DNA of 64,000 nucleotides from Heterodontus francisci (Eukaryota): NCBI RefSeq assembly GCF_036365525.1, contig NC_090418.1:10974856-11038855 (forward strand). The letters run 5' to 3'. The translations under genes were made by a program, and so were the position numbers. Positions 1 through 12,800 of this stretch are shown one piece after another; positions within the stretch are counted from its first letter, which is position 1; every line of letters begins with the position of its first letter. The notes under the pieces are model-generated. The model worked only from the letters and a program-made list of their open reading frames with translations. It did not search any database and was not told the DNA's origin.

Positions 1-267
1 GGTAGACTTCCCACGTGCTGGAGGGACTCCAACCCATCGGCCATTGGGGCTCAGGGCAGGAATGCCATCCTCCACCATCCCCCACCCCCGGTTGAACCAG
101 ATGGAGTCGGGAACGGCGACAGGCATTCCCCGTCCCGCTTTCCCTTCCGATTCCACGACCTCCTACGAACCTATGAATTAGGAGCAGAAGCAGGCCATTC
201 AGCCCCTCGAGCCTGCTCCGCCATCAATAAGATCATGGATGATCTGTTTGTGTCTGAATTCCACACT

Positions 268-475
268 GCTTGGAAACATGTGTTTTGTGTTGCAGGTCTG
301 ACTGACTGGGGGCCAGGAGAGCAAGTCATCGGCGTAAAGAAGTTCACAGATGAGTTTTTCCTGTACCTTTGTGTGAGTCTGAAGACGCCTGAGGTTGGAA
401 AGGTCTCCATCAGTCCGGCAGTGAACGTAAACTCCATCCTCAAGGTCTTCCGTTGCCTGCTGCACCATCATGCTG
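268..475 (-). mobile_element. RTE-clade LINE RT fragment (part of junction ghost); also 31971-32178 and ~63154-63365
   Basis: RTDGDLSNLRRLQTHTKVQEKLICELLYADD; similar to 23709-23978. Confidence 0.85.
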
Positions 476-540
476 TGCAGGAAACGCGAGCAAACTCTGA
501 TCATTGTCAAATGATCAATAAAGCAATGATACTTGTATCT
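473..540 (+). pseudogene. Remnant 3' end of a divergent ZP3 paralog (LCRKREQTLIIVK* plus polyA signal); also 32176-32243 and 63363-63430
   Basis: ctgtgcaggaaacgcgagcaaactc..aatgatcaataaagcaatgatacttgtatct aligns with ZP3 exon 9 and 3' UTR ([12 protein letters not shown]). The last 31 bp are identical to 29590-29620. Confidence 0.85.
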
Positions 541-599
541 GGTAGCTCATTTGTCACTGGATCCTCTTAATTGACTCATTTAATGTATCTAATCACTGG

Positions 600-1330
600 T
601 ATCAGCCTGGAACGAGACTTGAGGTGGTGAGGTAGAACTGGATGTTATCAACATATATGTGGAAACTGACTGTCTTTAGATCACCAAGGGGCAGCATGCC
701 AATAAATAAGAGGGAGCTGATCGAACCTTGTGCCACACTGGAAAGTGTTTCTGGAGTAGCACGAGTAGATGTTCCTATGGCTCGGACTGGATTGCTAAGA
801 ATAGAAGCAGGTGACTTTAAAGCAGCTGCCCAATGAGGGAGAGGAATTGGAGAAGCAGGTTGTGGTTGCTCCTGGCAGACTGCAGCTAGGTCAGGAATGA
901 CGGAGGGATAGTTTATCACGGTTGCAACATTCCATTATGTTTTTGATGAGCCATTCTGGTGTTGCGATCGCCGTACTGCTAATTGGAGTGATGACAAACA
1001 TGGGGGTCCCATTTGTCTGGAACTCAATATGGGAGGTGTCATGTTCAAGGATGTTGGTGATGGAGAGAGAGGTAGATTACAAGGACAGAGGGGTCAGCTT
1101 GCTTGAGAAGGGGGGGGTAATGATGGCAGATGTGAAGGGGAGTGGAACAAATGAGAAGCAAGTATCAGCTAATTTAGGGGCCGAGAAGGGAAATTGGGTG
1201 GTTTGCAGTTTAGTGGGAATAGGGTTGAGAAGATGAGGTGGGGTGTCAGACAAGATGAGCTTGGAGTGGCACTGAGGGAAGATAGAGGAAGATACATTTT
1301 AGGGCAGGGTGTCAGGTGATCCTTTAGCCC
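600..1330 (-). mobile_element. Degenerate L2-like LINE fragment; unit 2 ~32303-33033
   Basis: AQGSI..LLFI..MLPLGD..SFHIYVDNIQFYL resembles the L2 RT core (PQGS..YADD). Boundaries approximate. Confidence 0.6.
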
Positions 1331-1509
1331 AGCAGGCCAAACATGTTGTTAGGAAGTAGCAGAAGCAGCTGAATGGTCTTTGTAGTTAGATGTGAGCGTG
1401 GGGTTAGAGAGTAAATCTCCCTCGACTCTGTCCCATCTAACACTCCCAGGACAAGTTAGAGTGTAGATGGCATGTAACCTCTGCAGCATGAGGGAAACCC
1501 TGGTCCATA

Positions 1510-3010
1510 CGTACATCCTAGCTGCATCTACCCTGTCTATCCCTTTGAAACTTACAAAATACTTAATGAGATCACCTCTCATTCTTTGAAATGCGAGAGA
1601 ATACAGGCTCAGTTTCCCCAATCTCTCTTCATAGGACAGTCCCATCATGCCAGGAAAAAGTGTGGGGAATTTCTGTTACACTCCCTCGATGGTAATAATA
1701 TCCAGGTGCTGTCTAACCAAGGTTCTATACAATTCCCACGTTCTATTCCATCTGCCACATTCTTGCCCACTCACTAAGTCTGTCCAAATCCCTTTGAAGC
1801 CGCTTTGCATCTTCCTCACAACACACATTCCCACCTAGTTTTGTGTCATCCGCGAACTTGGAAATACTACATTTGGTCCCCACATCCAAATCATTGATAT
1901 GTATTGCAAACAGCTGGGGCCCAAGCACTGATCCCTGCGGCACCCCACTAGTCACAGCCTGCCAACGTGAGAATGCCCCATTTATTCCTACTTTCTGTTT
2001 TCTGCCTGTTAACCAATCCTTAATCCAAGCCAGTATATTACCTCCTATCCCATGTGCTTTAATTTTACTAACCAACCTCCTGTGGGGGACTTGATCAAAA
2101 GCCTTCTGCTTATCCTCGTATACTACGTCCACCGACTCCCCTTTATCAATTCTGTTAGTAACATCCTCAAAAAAACTCCAAGAGGTTTGTCAAACATGAT
2201 TTCCCATTCATAACTCCATGTTGAGTATGCCCAATCAGATCATTATTTCCCGGTGTCCCTTTATCACATCCTTTCGAAAAGATTATAGCATTTCCCCAAC
2301 AGGTCTGTAATTCCCTGTTTCTCTCTCCCTTCCTTCTTATTTTCTACCTTCCAATCTGCAGGAACCAATCCAGAATCTATAGAATTTTGAAAGGTGATCA
2401 CCAATGCATTCACTATCTGAATAGCTACCTCTTTCAACACTCTGGAATGTAGAATATCAGGTCCTGAGGACTTATCAACCTTCAGCCCCTTAATTTCTCC
2501 AATACAACCTGCTTACTAATACTAATTTCCTTCAATTCCTCATTCTCCCTAATCCCTTGGATCTCTAATTCCGGGAGATTTCTTGTATCTTCCTCAGTGA
2601 AGACAGACACAAAGTAATCATTTAGCTTCTCTGCCATTTCTCTATTCCCCATTATAAATTCTCCTGACTCTGTCTGTAATGCCTATGTACTGTCATGTGT
2701 ATTCATGTATTTTCCCAATCCACCTCAGCCACTTAGGCCCTTATTCTTCAAAATTCCCTTTGTTCAAATTTAACACCCTGGCTTCAGATTGAACTACCTC
2801 ACTTTCAAACATAATGTAATATTATGGTCACTCATCCCTAAAGGTTCTTTTACAACAAGATTATTAATTAGCCCTTTCTCATCACATATACTAGATGTAA
2901 AATAGCCTGTTCCCTAGTCGGTTCCACAACATACTGCACCAGAAAACCATCCCTAGCACACTCCAGACACTCGACCTCCACAGCATTAATGCTCATTAGG
3001 TTTACCCATT
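1510..3010 (-). mobile_element. CR1 LINE ORF2 fragments, internally deleted; unit 2 ~33213-34713
   Basis: [39 protein letters not shown] and LSYEERL..MRGDLI. Confidence 0.9.
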
Positions 3011-3156
3011 CTATAGTTATTTTCTTTGCATTTCAAAAGAAGTCAAATGCAGACACTATCAATCAATACCTGCCTGTGTCACACAGCTTCATGCAGCTTT
3101 TATGAAAACTTAGAAACTTCAAGCACACCGTGGACCAATTCTGTAGCACAATCCAC

Positions 3157-3158
<2 letters not shown>

Positions 3159-3192
<34 letters not shown>

Positions 3193-3200
3193 GCACACAC
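3159..3200. repeat. (CA)n microsatellite, shorter in unit 2 (~34864-34885)
   Basis: Direct inspection; length differs between units. Confidence 0.9.
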
Positions 3201-4687
3201 TCTCTCCCCAACTTTTTCTTCTGGTCACACATTCCAGAAGCATCAAGGTAATTAAACAATCAGAATCAACACAAATTGTCGACTCTGTGAAATAGCTTAG
3301 AAATTCCAAAATGCCAATTTCTGATGGAATACAGGGATAATAGGCTGGAGTAGATATATTTTCGGCATACTTAATATATTATACCTCTTAGAATTAAAGA
3401 TTGAGTGAATGGTTAGGGTTTCAAGACTCACTGACATTCCCCTTTAAGAAGGTAGACTTAGAAATTTCGAGGTCCCTGTTGCAAACTTTTAAGTTGGAGA
3501 ATCCATTTCAGTGCCTCTGTTGCGAGGGACTTGGTAGATAAACTTGCACATTGAAATATCCTGCGTCATATCAGTAACAGGTAACCATAAATTTAACTAA
3601 TTGATGGTGTTGGTAAATGTCGACAGATTGACCCACAAGGGAAGTTCAAACTACAATAAAAAAGGCAATCAAGAGTACTCACAGGAACAAGAGGTCAGGT
3701 AAACACAATTATAAACATTTTGACCAGATAAATGCTCACAACTTCAAGAGCAAGAGAACTCCAGTAAAACATTAAGTGGAGATGGTAAAGATATGGATTT
3801 TAAAAAACAAGGAAAACACACACAGGAAGGTAACGCCTATATGCTAAAAGTCAGATGACACTTCAGAAACAGTAAAAACATGAGAAGTTTGAAGCAAAGA
3901 TTAGAAATGTTGAATCCTCAAAAATGCTTCTCAACTACGGGGAATTTAAGGTAAAATTTTTACTTTAAATTTTGATGGAAATTCGGGATATTCTAAGATA
4001 TTTTGCTGTAACATTAGCAAGGTTAAACTTTTGGATTCTATGTTAGAAATAAGATTGTGTTACATCTTTTAGTAATATTTAATATTGTAATATACTTATC
4101 CACTTAGACGTGTATTGCATGTTAACATTTATATATTTATTAAATAATTTAATAAATTGCCACATGTAACATTCTGTATACAACTGCAAAGAACCCCCTC
4201 TCTGTGTCTCTTTAAGTGGAGAGATACGTATTGAAGAGAGTTCCCAGACCCTGACAATATCTGGGATATTTATGACTTAGCCATAATTATTAAAAGTAGG
4301 CTATCCGAAAGATGGTAATATTCTCTGTTGGTTTTCTTTTCTTGAGGGAAACCTAGTACAATTCTTTGGACCCAAATAAGTGTCTGAGAATTTGTCTGGT
4401 TTGAACTTGATTAAAGGAGATTCATAGGGATGTACTCCTGATTTGGTTTGGTCCCTATAAGAGGTTAAAGTCATAAATCACTTCAAATTATTGATTTGAT
4501 AATCTCATGTTCCAGAATTAGAGACTCTCATGCAATTCACAACAACCAGAATTTCACCGTGGCCGCAATAAAAGACCGGTTTTCACAACTTAATATGTTA
4601 ATCAAACTGAACGTGTGCTCCTCGTGTCTCAGGAGCTGAAGAGGCATCTGACTGCTGCTCCTCCGTACATAATGTCTTCAGGCACAT

Positions 4688-5110
4688 GGGAGACGGTGGT
4701 GGAAGTGGAAATGTCATTGAACTAGTACTCCAGAGGCCCAGGCTAATGACCTAGGGACATGGATTCAAATGCCACCATGGCAGCTGGTGGAAATTAAATA
4801 TTCAATTAAACAATTAAAAAATCAATTAATTCACAAAAATCTGGAATCAAAAGGTAGTCTCAGTAACGGTGCCATGAAACTATCATCGATTGTTGTAAAA
4901 GCCCATCTGGTTCATGAATGCCCTTGAGGGAAGGAAATCTGCCATCCTGACCTGGTCTGACCTACATGTGACTCCAGACACACAGCAATGTGCTTGACTC
5001 TGAACTGCCCTCTGAAATGGCCTGGCAAGCCACTCAGTTCAAGGGCAATTAGGGATGGGCAATAAATGCTGGCCTTGTCAGTGATGCCCACATCCCAAGA
5101 AAGAATGAAA
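4688..5110 (+). mobile_element. tRNA-derived SINE; unit 2 ~36373-36795
   Basis: Degenerate A/B boxes (ggattcaaatgcc), central ccatctggttca..gggaaggaaatctgcc..gtgactccaga domain, tail gggatgggcaataaatgctggcc; same family as 30819-31197. Confidence 0.8.
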
Positions 5111-5374
5111 AGACTTGAACCATGCGGATTTGGGACTCCAAAGTTAGAGATGATAAAGTGGGATGTGGAAAGGAGCAGTGACCGCACTCCGTGTCCCAAA
5201 GCCCCCTTGTCAACTTTTGGAGCTATAGTTTCTGCTCTCATGGACTTACAATCTCACCTCACTTTATTCCAGATGAGAATTGAGGATGAAACACAATTCC
5301 CACAACATTGAGAAATAATAAAAAGGAGAAGAGAGTTTCAATCTGGCAGTGGTGATTAGGGATAGGTATTCCCA

Positions 5375-6685
5375 CAGTGCTGTTGGGAAGGGAATTCCAG
5401 GATTTTGACCCAGCGACAGTGAAGGAACGGCGATATAGTTCCAAGTCAAGATGGTGTGTGGCCTGAAGGGGAACTTGCAGGTGCTGGTGTTCCCATGCAT
5501 TTTCTGCCCTTGACCTTCTAGGTGGTAGAGGTCACAGGTTTGGAAGGTGCTGTCGAAGGAGCCTGGGCGCGTTGCTGCAGTGCGTCTTGTAGATGGTACA
5601 CACTGCTGCCACTGTGCGACGGTGGTGGAGGGAGTGAATGTGTATGGATGGGGTGCCAATCAAGCGGGCTGCTTTGTCCTGGATGGTGTCGAGCTCCTTG
5701 AGTGTTATTGGAGCTGCACCCATCCAGGCAAGTGGAGAGTATTCCATCACACTCCTGACATGTGCCTTGTAGATGGTGGACAGGCTTTGGGGAGTCAGGA
5801 GGTGAGTTACTCACCGCAGGATTCCCAGCCTCTGACCTGCTCTGGTAACTACGGTATTTATATGGTTACTTTAGTTCAGTTTCTGGTCAATGGTAACCCC
5901 CAGGATGTCGATAGCAGGGAATTTAATGATTATAATTCCATTGAATGTCAAGGGGTGATGGTTAGATTCTCTCTTGTTGGAAATGGTCATTGCCTGGTAC
6001 TTGTATGGCGCGAATGTTACTTGCCACTTATCAGCCCAAGCCTGGATGTTGTCTACACAGGCATTTCTACACGGATTGCTTCAGTATCTGAGGAGTCGCA
6101 AATGGTGCTGAACATTGTGCAATCATCAGCGAACATCCCTACTTCTGACCTTATGACTGAAGGAAGGTCATTGATGAAGCAGCTGAAGATGGTTGGGCCG
6201 AGGACACTACCCTGAGGAACTCATGCAATGATGTCCTGGGACTGAGATGATTGACCTCCAACAGACACAACCATCTTCCTTTTCACTAGGTATGACTCCA
6301 TCCAGTGGAGAGTTTTACCCCTGATTTCCATTGACTCCAGTCTTGCTAGGGCTCCTTCATGCCATACTCGGTCAAATGCTGCCTTGATGATACCTCACCT
6401 CGAGAGTTCAGCTCTTTTGTCCATGTTTGAATCATGGCTGTAATGAGGTAAGAAGCTGAGTGGCCCTGGCAGAACCCAAACTGAGCATCAGTGAGCAGAT
6501 TATTGCTAAGCAAGTGCCGCTTGATAGCACTGTTAACGACACCTTCCCTCACTTTACTGATGATCGAGAGTAGACTGATGGGGCGGTGATTGGCCGGGTT
6601 GGACTTGTCCTGCTTTTTGTGTACAGGACATACCTGGGCAATTTTACACATTGCCGGGTAGATGCCAGTGTTGTAGCTGTAATGG
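5375..6685 (-). mobile_element. CR1/L2-group LINE ORF2 fragment (Crack/Daphne-like, clade uncertain); unit 2 ~37060-38370
   Basis: KIAQVCPVHKKQDKSNPANHRPISLLSIISKV..QFGF and MEYSPLAWMGAAP..LDTIQDKAARLI. It lies ~140 bp past the NAT16 stop. Confidence 0.85.
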
Positions 6686-6825
6686 GGCATGGCTTATTTT
6701 GGGGCACAGGTCTACAGTACAATTGCAGGAATATGACTATGATTGTGCAGACAATGAAACCGTTGCCTAGATTGCAACATATTGGGGAAGGAGGGACAGT
6801 CAGTCGGAGTCTATGTTTGGTCTGA

Positions 6826-9800
6826 TTAAAATCTAGTCAGAATTTGGAATATATCCCCCTCTGCTATAAACACATCTTTCCAATATTGTTTCCCTTTCTG
6901 AAGCCCCAGTTCCTTGGTACAGAATTCCCACATCTGGGGGGACAGCGATGGATTTACAGGCAGTAGGCAGATTACATTGCCTTGTAAAGGAGGCAGGTTT
7001 TGCAGCTGAGAGAGGAAGACACTTTTCACAGCTGATAAATCTTTCCCAAACATGTCTATTCTGTAAACATAGTTTCCCATTGGATCTCTGTAGGGAGCTG
7101 TGCCCAAACTCACAGCACGTGTGTTCTCCTTTCTATCTGCTATCCAGCTGATATCCCGCTTCAGTAAAATATCCAGGTTGCTCTCCAGTGGTTTGAATAC
7201 GCCTCCTCTGTGAACGATTCTCCTGCCCGGCAGCACTGTGTCAATTACGGTTCTGTTCAGGAATACCGACCTCACTTCATCTGGTTGCAGGGAGATCGGT
7301 TCCCAATATTCAGCCCCACTTTTCTTCATGTTACTGATCAGCTCACTCTTCAAAGTGGGAACATTTATTGATGGAAATCGAAGAGAAATCAAGGACTGGA
7401 AACAAAAGATATCGGGGAAAGGGTTAGTGATGAAATGTGAGATGAGGATTAAATATTAAATACATGAAATTTAATGCAAAGTGATACATTTTGGTCAGGA
7501 GCACGAGGAGAGGCAATACAAAATAAAGGGTCCAATTCTAAAGGGGCTTCAGGAACAGAGGGACCAGGGGGCTATGTGTACACAAAGCATTGAAAGTGGG
7601 TAATAAGGCACATGGGATCCTGGGCTTTATAAATAGAAGCATTGAGTCGAAAGACAAGGAAGTTATGAAGGATCTTTATAAAAACATTAGTTTGGCCTCA
7701 ACTGGAGTATTGTGTCCAATTCTGGACACTACATTTAGGAAGGATGTGAAGGCTTTAGAGAGGATGCAGAAAAGATTCACAAGAATGGTTCCAGGGATGA
7801 GGAACTTCAGTTACGTGGATAGATTGGAGAAGCTGGGGCTGTTCTCCTCCGAGAAGAGAAGGTTGAGAGGAGATTTGATAGAGGTGTTCAAAATGATGAG
7901 GGATCTAGACAGAGTAGATTGGGAGAAACTGTTCCTATTGGCAGAGGGGTCAAGAACGAGAGGACAATGATTTAAAGTGAATGGCAAAAGAACCAAAGGC
8001 AACATGAGGAATTATTTTATTTACACACAGCCAGTGGTTACGATCTGGAATTCAGGAGCTGAGAGGGTGATGGAGGAAATATCAGCAGGGCTACGAGGAA
8101 AGGGAGGGGAGAGTGGGACGGACTAAATTGTTCTTGCAGAGAGCCTGCACGGACATGATGGGCTGAATGGCCTCCTTCTGTGCTGTTATCATTCGATGAT
8201 TCTATATTATTCACCAGTGGAATGTTTAATAGTAAAAATATTCAGAGAATCTCTCACTATCTCCTTCTTGTAAAATATGCATTTCTGACAAACCTTTTCT
8301 GTCAAACCTCATCTGAAACTATTTTCCAGTATAACAGAATTTGTTTATTACTGGGGTTTGTTAAAATATTCCAGGTGAAATCATTATGCTAATCAATGCA
8401 AATCTATGTGAGAGTTTAGCTGCATGTTAATCGCACCTGTTTGCCTCGTGGATGAAATCCCTTGAAAATGTCTTGCCCTGTGACACCGCTCTGGTTCTTC
8501 ACCTCCGGGTACCTCGCTCTTATACACTGGAGAATGTGTTTGTAAATCAGCCGTCCAATTCCTTTGCCCCTTTCTGAAGGATGAACATTTAATGCTTCCA
8601 TTGCAGCTGTCTGTCCATCATCCACGATGTGAGCAGAAACCAGAGCGACCTGGAAATAGAGAGGAAGACAGGGAGGATTCCCACTGGTGTCCATGTATCA
8701 GAAGCACAAGTGTATAAAGCAGAGCGACTGACCTGTTCTTTCTGCCTGATGCTATGGGTTTACATTGGTGTTTCACCTGAAACACTCCAAACTTCTAAGA
8801 CTTTGCTTCAGATTTCCATCATCTGCAGATCTTTTGCCATTTGGTTTTAAAGAAAAACAAATCCAGAGTGCGGAGAGAACATTCTAGAATCCAACAGCAC
8901 AGAAGGAGGCCATTCTACCCATCAAGCCTGTGCCGGCTCTCCAATTCGTCCCACTCCAGCCTCCCACGTTTTCATTCAATTTTCTCAATGTTTGGGGCCT
9001 TGGATAGTGAGGAGAGAGGGGGTAAATGGGCAGGTATTACACCTCCTGCGATTGCAGGGGAAGGTGACGTGGGACGGGGACGAGGTGGTGGGGGGTAATG
9101 GAGGAGTGGACCAGGGTGTCACGGAGGGAACGATCCCTTCGGAATGCTGACAGGGGAAGGGAGGGGAAGATACATTTGGTAGTGGCATCACACTGGATGT
9201 GGCAGAAGTGGCGGAGGATGATCCTTTGATCTGGAGGCTGGTGGAGTGGAAAGTCTGGACAAGGGGAACCCTGTCGCGGTTCTGGGAGGGAGGGAAGGGG
9301 TGAGGGTAGAGGTACAGGAAATGGGCCGGACACAGTTGAGGGCCCTGTCAACCACAGTGAGGGGGAATCCTCAGTTGAGGGAAAAGGAAGACATATCAGA
9401 AGCACTGTCGTGGAAGGTAGCATCATCAGAGCAGATGCGTCTGAGACGGAGAAACTGGGAGAATGGAATGGAGTCCTTACAGGAGGCAGGATGTGAAGTG
9501 TAGTCGAGGTAGCTGTGGGAGTCAGTGGGCTTATAATGAATATTATAAGCTCTCGTGCTCACATCTCTGTCCTGGGATTCCAGTGAACATCAACGCAAGC
9601 TCGACGAACAGCATCTCATTTACCGATTAGACACTGCAGCCTGCCGGACTGAACATTGAATTCAATAATTTCAGAGCATGATGGGTCCCACCCCCTTCTT
9701 ATGTCTATGGAGGAGTTGAGGAAAATAGCTGAGCAGTGTGGGATCACTGTACGTGGCAAGGCTCGGAAGTCTGAACTCCTAAGGCTAGTGGCCAACCATT

Positions 9801-12800
9801 TTCCCCTTGAATCTGAAGAAGCAGAAGCAGTGTTAGAAGCAGACCCAGACAGGGTACTGCTAGAAAAGATACAATTGGATCAAAGGAAACTTGAATTAGA
9901 AGACAGGGAAAGACAGATAGAGAGAGAGAGACAGGAGAGGGAGAAAGAGAGAGCCTTCCAGAAGGAAAGGGAAGAAATAGGGAGAGAAGAGAGAGAGAAA
10001 GAAAGGCAGCAGAAGGAAAGAGAGAAAGAGGAGAGAGAGAGAGAGACAGAGAAAGAATATGCCTGAAAGAATCCAAAGAAAGAGAGCTGAAGTGGCTTGA
10101 GTTAACTAGGGGGCGACAGAGTAACCCCAGTGAAAGCATGGTCAATATGCAGGAGCATAATTCAGAGCTGGGTACGAAATTGTTAAAACTCGCCCAACTC
10201 ATTCCAAAATTCAATGAGGAAGATTGGAAACGTTTTTTGTGTCTTTTGAGAAACTGGCAAGGCAGCTAAAATGGCCAGCTGCGACCTGGTCTCTCTTAAT
10301 ACAAAGCAAGCTAACTGGAAAAGCCCATGAGGTTTATTCCTTGTTGCCAGATGAGAGTTCTCCTCGGAACATATGAATTAGTACCCGAAGCCTACAACCA
10401 AAAGTTTAGAGCCCTCAAAAAGCAAGTTAATCAAACTTATCTGGAGTTTGAAAGAAGTAAGCAGCTGACTTTTGACCAGTGGCTGGTTGCTCTTAAAATA
10501 CAGCTCAGCTATGAGACTCTCAGAGAAGTAGTTCTGTTAGAGGAATTTCAAATATCTCTCCCACTCACAATAAAGACCCAGGTAGAAGAGCAGTGGGTTC
10601 AGGGAGCCATTCGGGACGATGAGTTTGCTTTAATTTTTAAGTCGGTTTTCCCGGGGACAACCTTTCCTAATCACCCCACAAATCCGAAAGGGAAAAAGGG
10701 TGAGAAGGTGATATCTGCCCAGGCAGTCCTGGGAGAGAAAGGAAAGCAGGAGACACGGGCAGGTCTGGGGATTGGGGGGTCCTCCTCTAGCCAAAAAGGA
10801 AGGTGCTATGAGCAAGAGGACCTGCGTGCTTCCATTGTAATAAAGCAGGGCATTTTAAAGCTAACTGCTGGAAACTAAAGGGAAAACCAGTAGAGTTAAA
10901 CAGGGCACACCCGCTCAGTGAAGACGGAATCCTGATGGAAGGCACAGAACAAGCTGTAACTGCATTACGAGTGCAACCCAGGAAGCTTACTGCGGCCAGT
11001 GCAAGAAAAGGTAATAAGGTTCCTGAAGGTTATCAGGGTTTTATGTCTGAAGGGGAAGTAACCCCATACCCCTCGAGTGGAGCAAGCAAGCCCATAGTGA
11101 TTCTCAGGGATACAGGAGCCTCTAGATCCCTTTTCATGGGAAAAGGCCTGACCTTTCCCCCAGAGAGTGCAGTGAACATCACAATGGTGGTGAGTGATAT
11201 TGGAGGGCAGTGTATACCTGTACCTGTACACTGGGTAAACCTGGAGTGCGACCTGGTTTCGGGACCAGTGACCATAGGGATTGTCTCTAGTTTGCCTGTG
11301 GACAGGGTTGACCTGCTCCGAGGTAATCTGGAGGGGGCAAAGGTGCTAGCGCCCCCAGTAGTGAAAGAAAGACCGCAGGAGGTCAGAGAGACAGGGCGGT
11401 GGCAGAAGACGGTCTCCTGCAGTTTCCCTGAATGTGTAGTGGGTCAGGCCATGATCAAACCAGATCCCCCAGAGGAGACTGCATTGGTGCTGCAGGCAGA
11501 TGGCCAGGCTCGCCTGTCCGAGACTTTCTTTGGAAAGTTAGGAGACCGAGGGAATGAATTAAATGGATTTTCCCCAGCTGAGGCTTAGCGAGCTGAATCA
11601 GTATTGCGAGAGTTAGCACAGACTGCCCAGTCTGAAAGTGAAGCAGAGGGAGTCCCTGATTGCTACTATTTAAAGAATGAGGTAATGGTGAGGAAATTGA
11701 GTTCTCCTCACAGATCTGAGGGCAAGGAGTGGACCGTAGTCCACCAGTTAGTGGTGCTGCAGAGGTACCGGGGAGCAATATTAAGAAGGGCCCAAGAGAC
11801 TACCGTGGCTGTACATGCTGGTATACGAAAGACCAAAGCCCGCATAAGACAACAGTTTGACTGGCCAGAACACCACAAAGATGTGGTGGAGTACTGCAGG
11901 AGTTGTCATGTGCCAGGTTGAGGGGAAACAGCAAGCTGCAGTGAAACCTGCACCCCTAAGTCCCGTACCAGTGTTAGGAGGACCCTCCAGCAGAGGGCTG
12001 GTGAACTGTAAGGGACCCCCGCCGAGAACAAAAGGGGACAGGCAGGCACACGGTTGGCAAAAGTGTGGAAAGAGAAGGGGAAAAAGTGACCAAGAGGGCA
12101 GGTTAAAGGAAACATTGGCACCTAGAAAAGACAATTCTAATCGGCTTTAAGATTGATGAATGAATGGAAGTGAATGAGAGAAATGCATGGTTTTTCTTTC
12201 TGTATCTTATATTTCTCTCAAACCTTTCAATGAAATGTGCCGTTTTTATTCAAATCACATTTCATTCCCCTGGGTGTGGAGGTGTCATGCAGACCCCCAC
12301 CTGCCAAGAATGAGACACATATTTCACCACATGCACATTGATTTTTAAACTGTTAGTGGAGTAAAGAAAGAATTGGTTTAAGAAAAAACCACCAGACCCT
12401 TGACTGGACAGACATTTGCATAGTAACAGACTGTAATTGGAAAAGTCAAAAAGGGGCCACTCCCTGCTTCAATTTAATCCATAATGGACTTTTGATTACC
12501 AGACGTTGAAGGTGGAGAGGTTAGCATTCCATGTTAACTGCTAAGATGGCCGAATACACAAACAGACGTGGTCAGACCAGTTTGGTCACATGACTAACTG
12601 GCTTTTGGAGTTTTTTGAATTTGAACTTGCCACAGAGAATTTGAACTCAGAAAGCTGCTTGCTCCTGGATTGAAAAGACCTCGCTCCTGTTTGCTCATCT
12701 CTTTCTCACCAGCTTTGGAATCCATTGAAGACACAGGAACCCCAAGAGAGAAAAGTCTCCTACAGTGAACAAGGTTTAAGAAGAATACTGGGCCCCAATG

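Noticed and set aside
5547-6215. 222 aa plus-strand ORF, and similar ones such as 22815-23354
   Set aside because: Antisense frames of LINE ORF2 fragments with no independent protein features.
9656-10066. E/R/K-rich ORF resembling trichohyalin-like proteins
   Set aside because: It is the coiled-coil N-terminus of the retrotransposon gag, followed by frameshifts.
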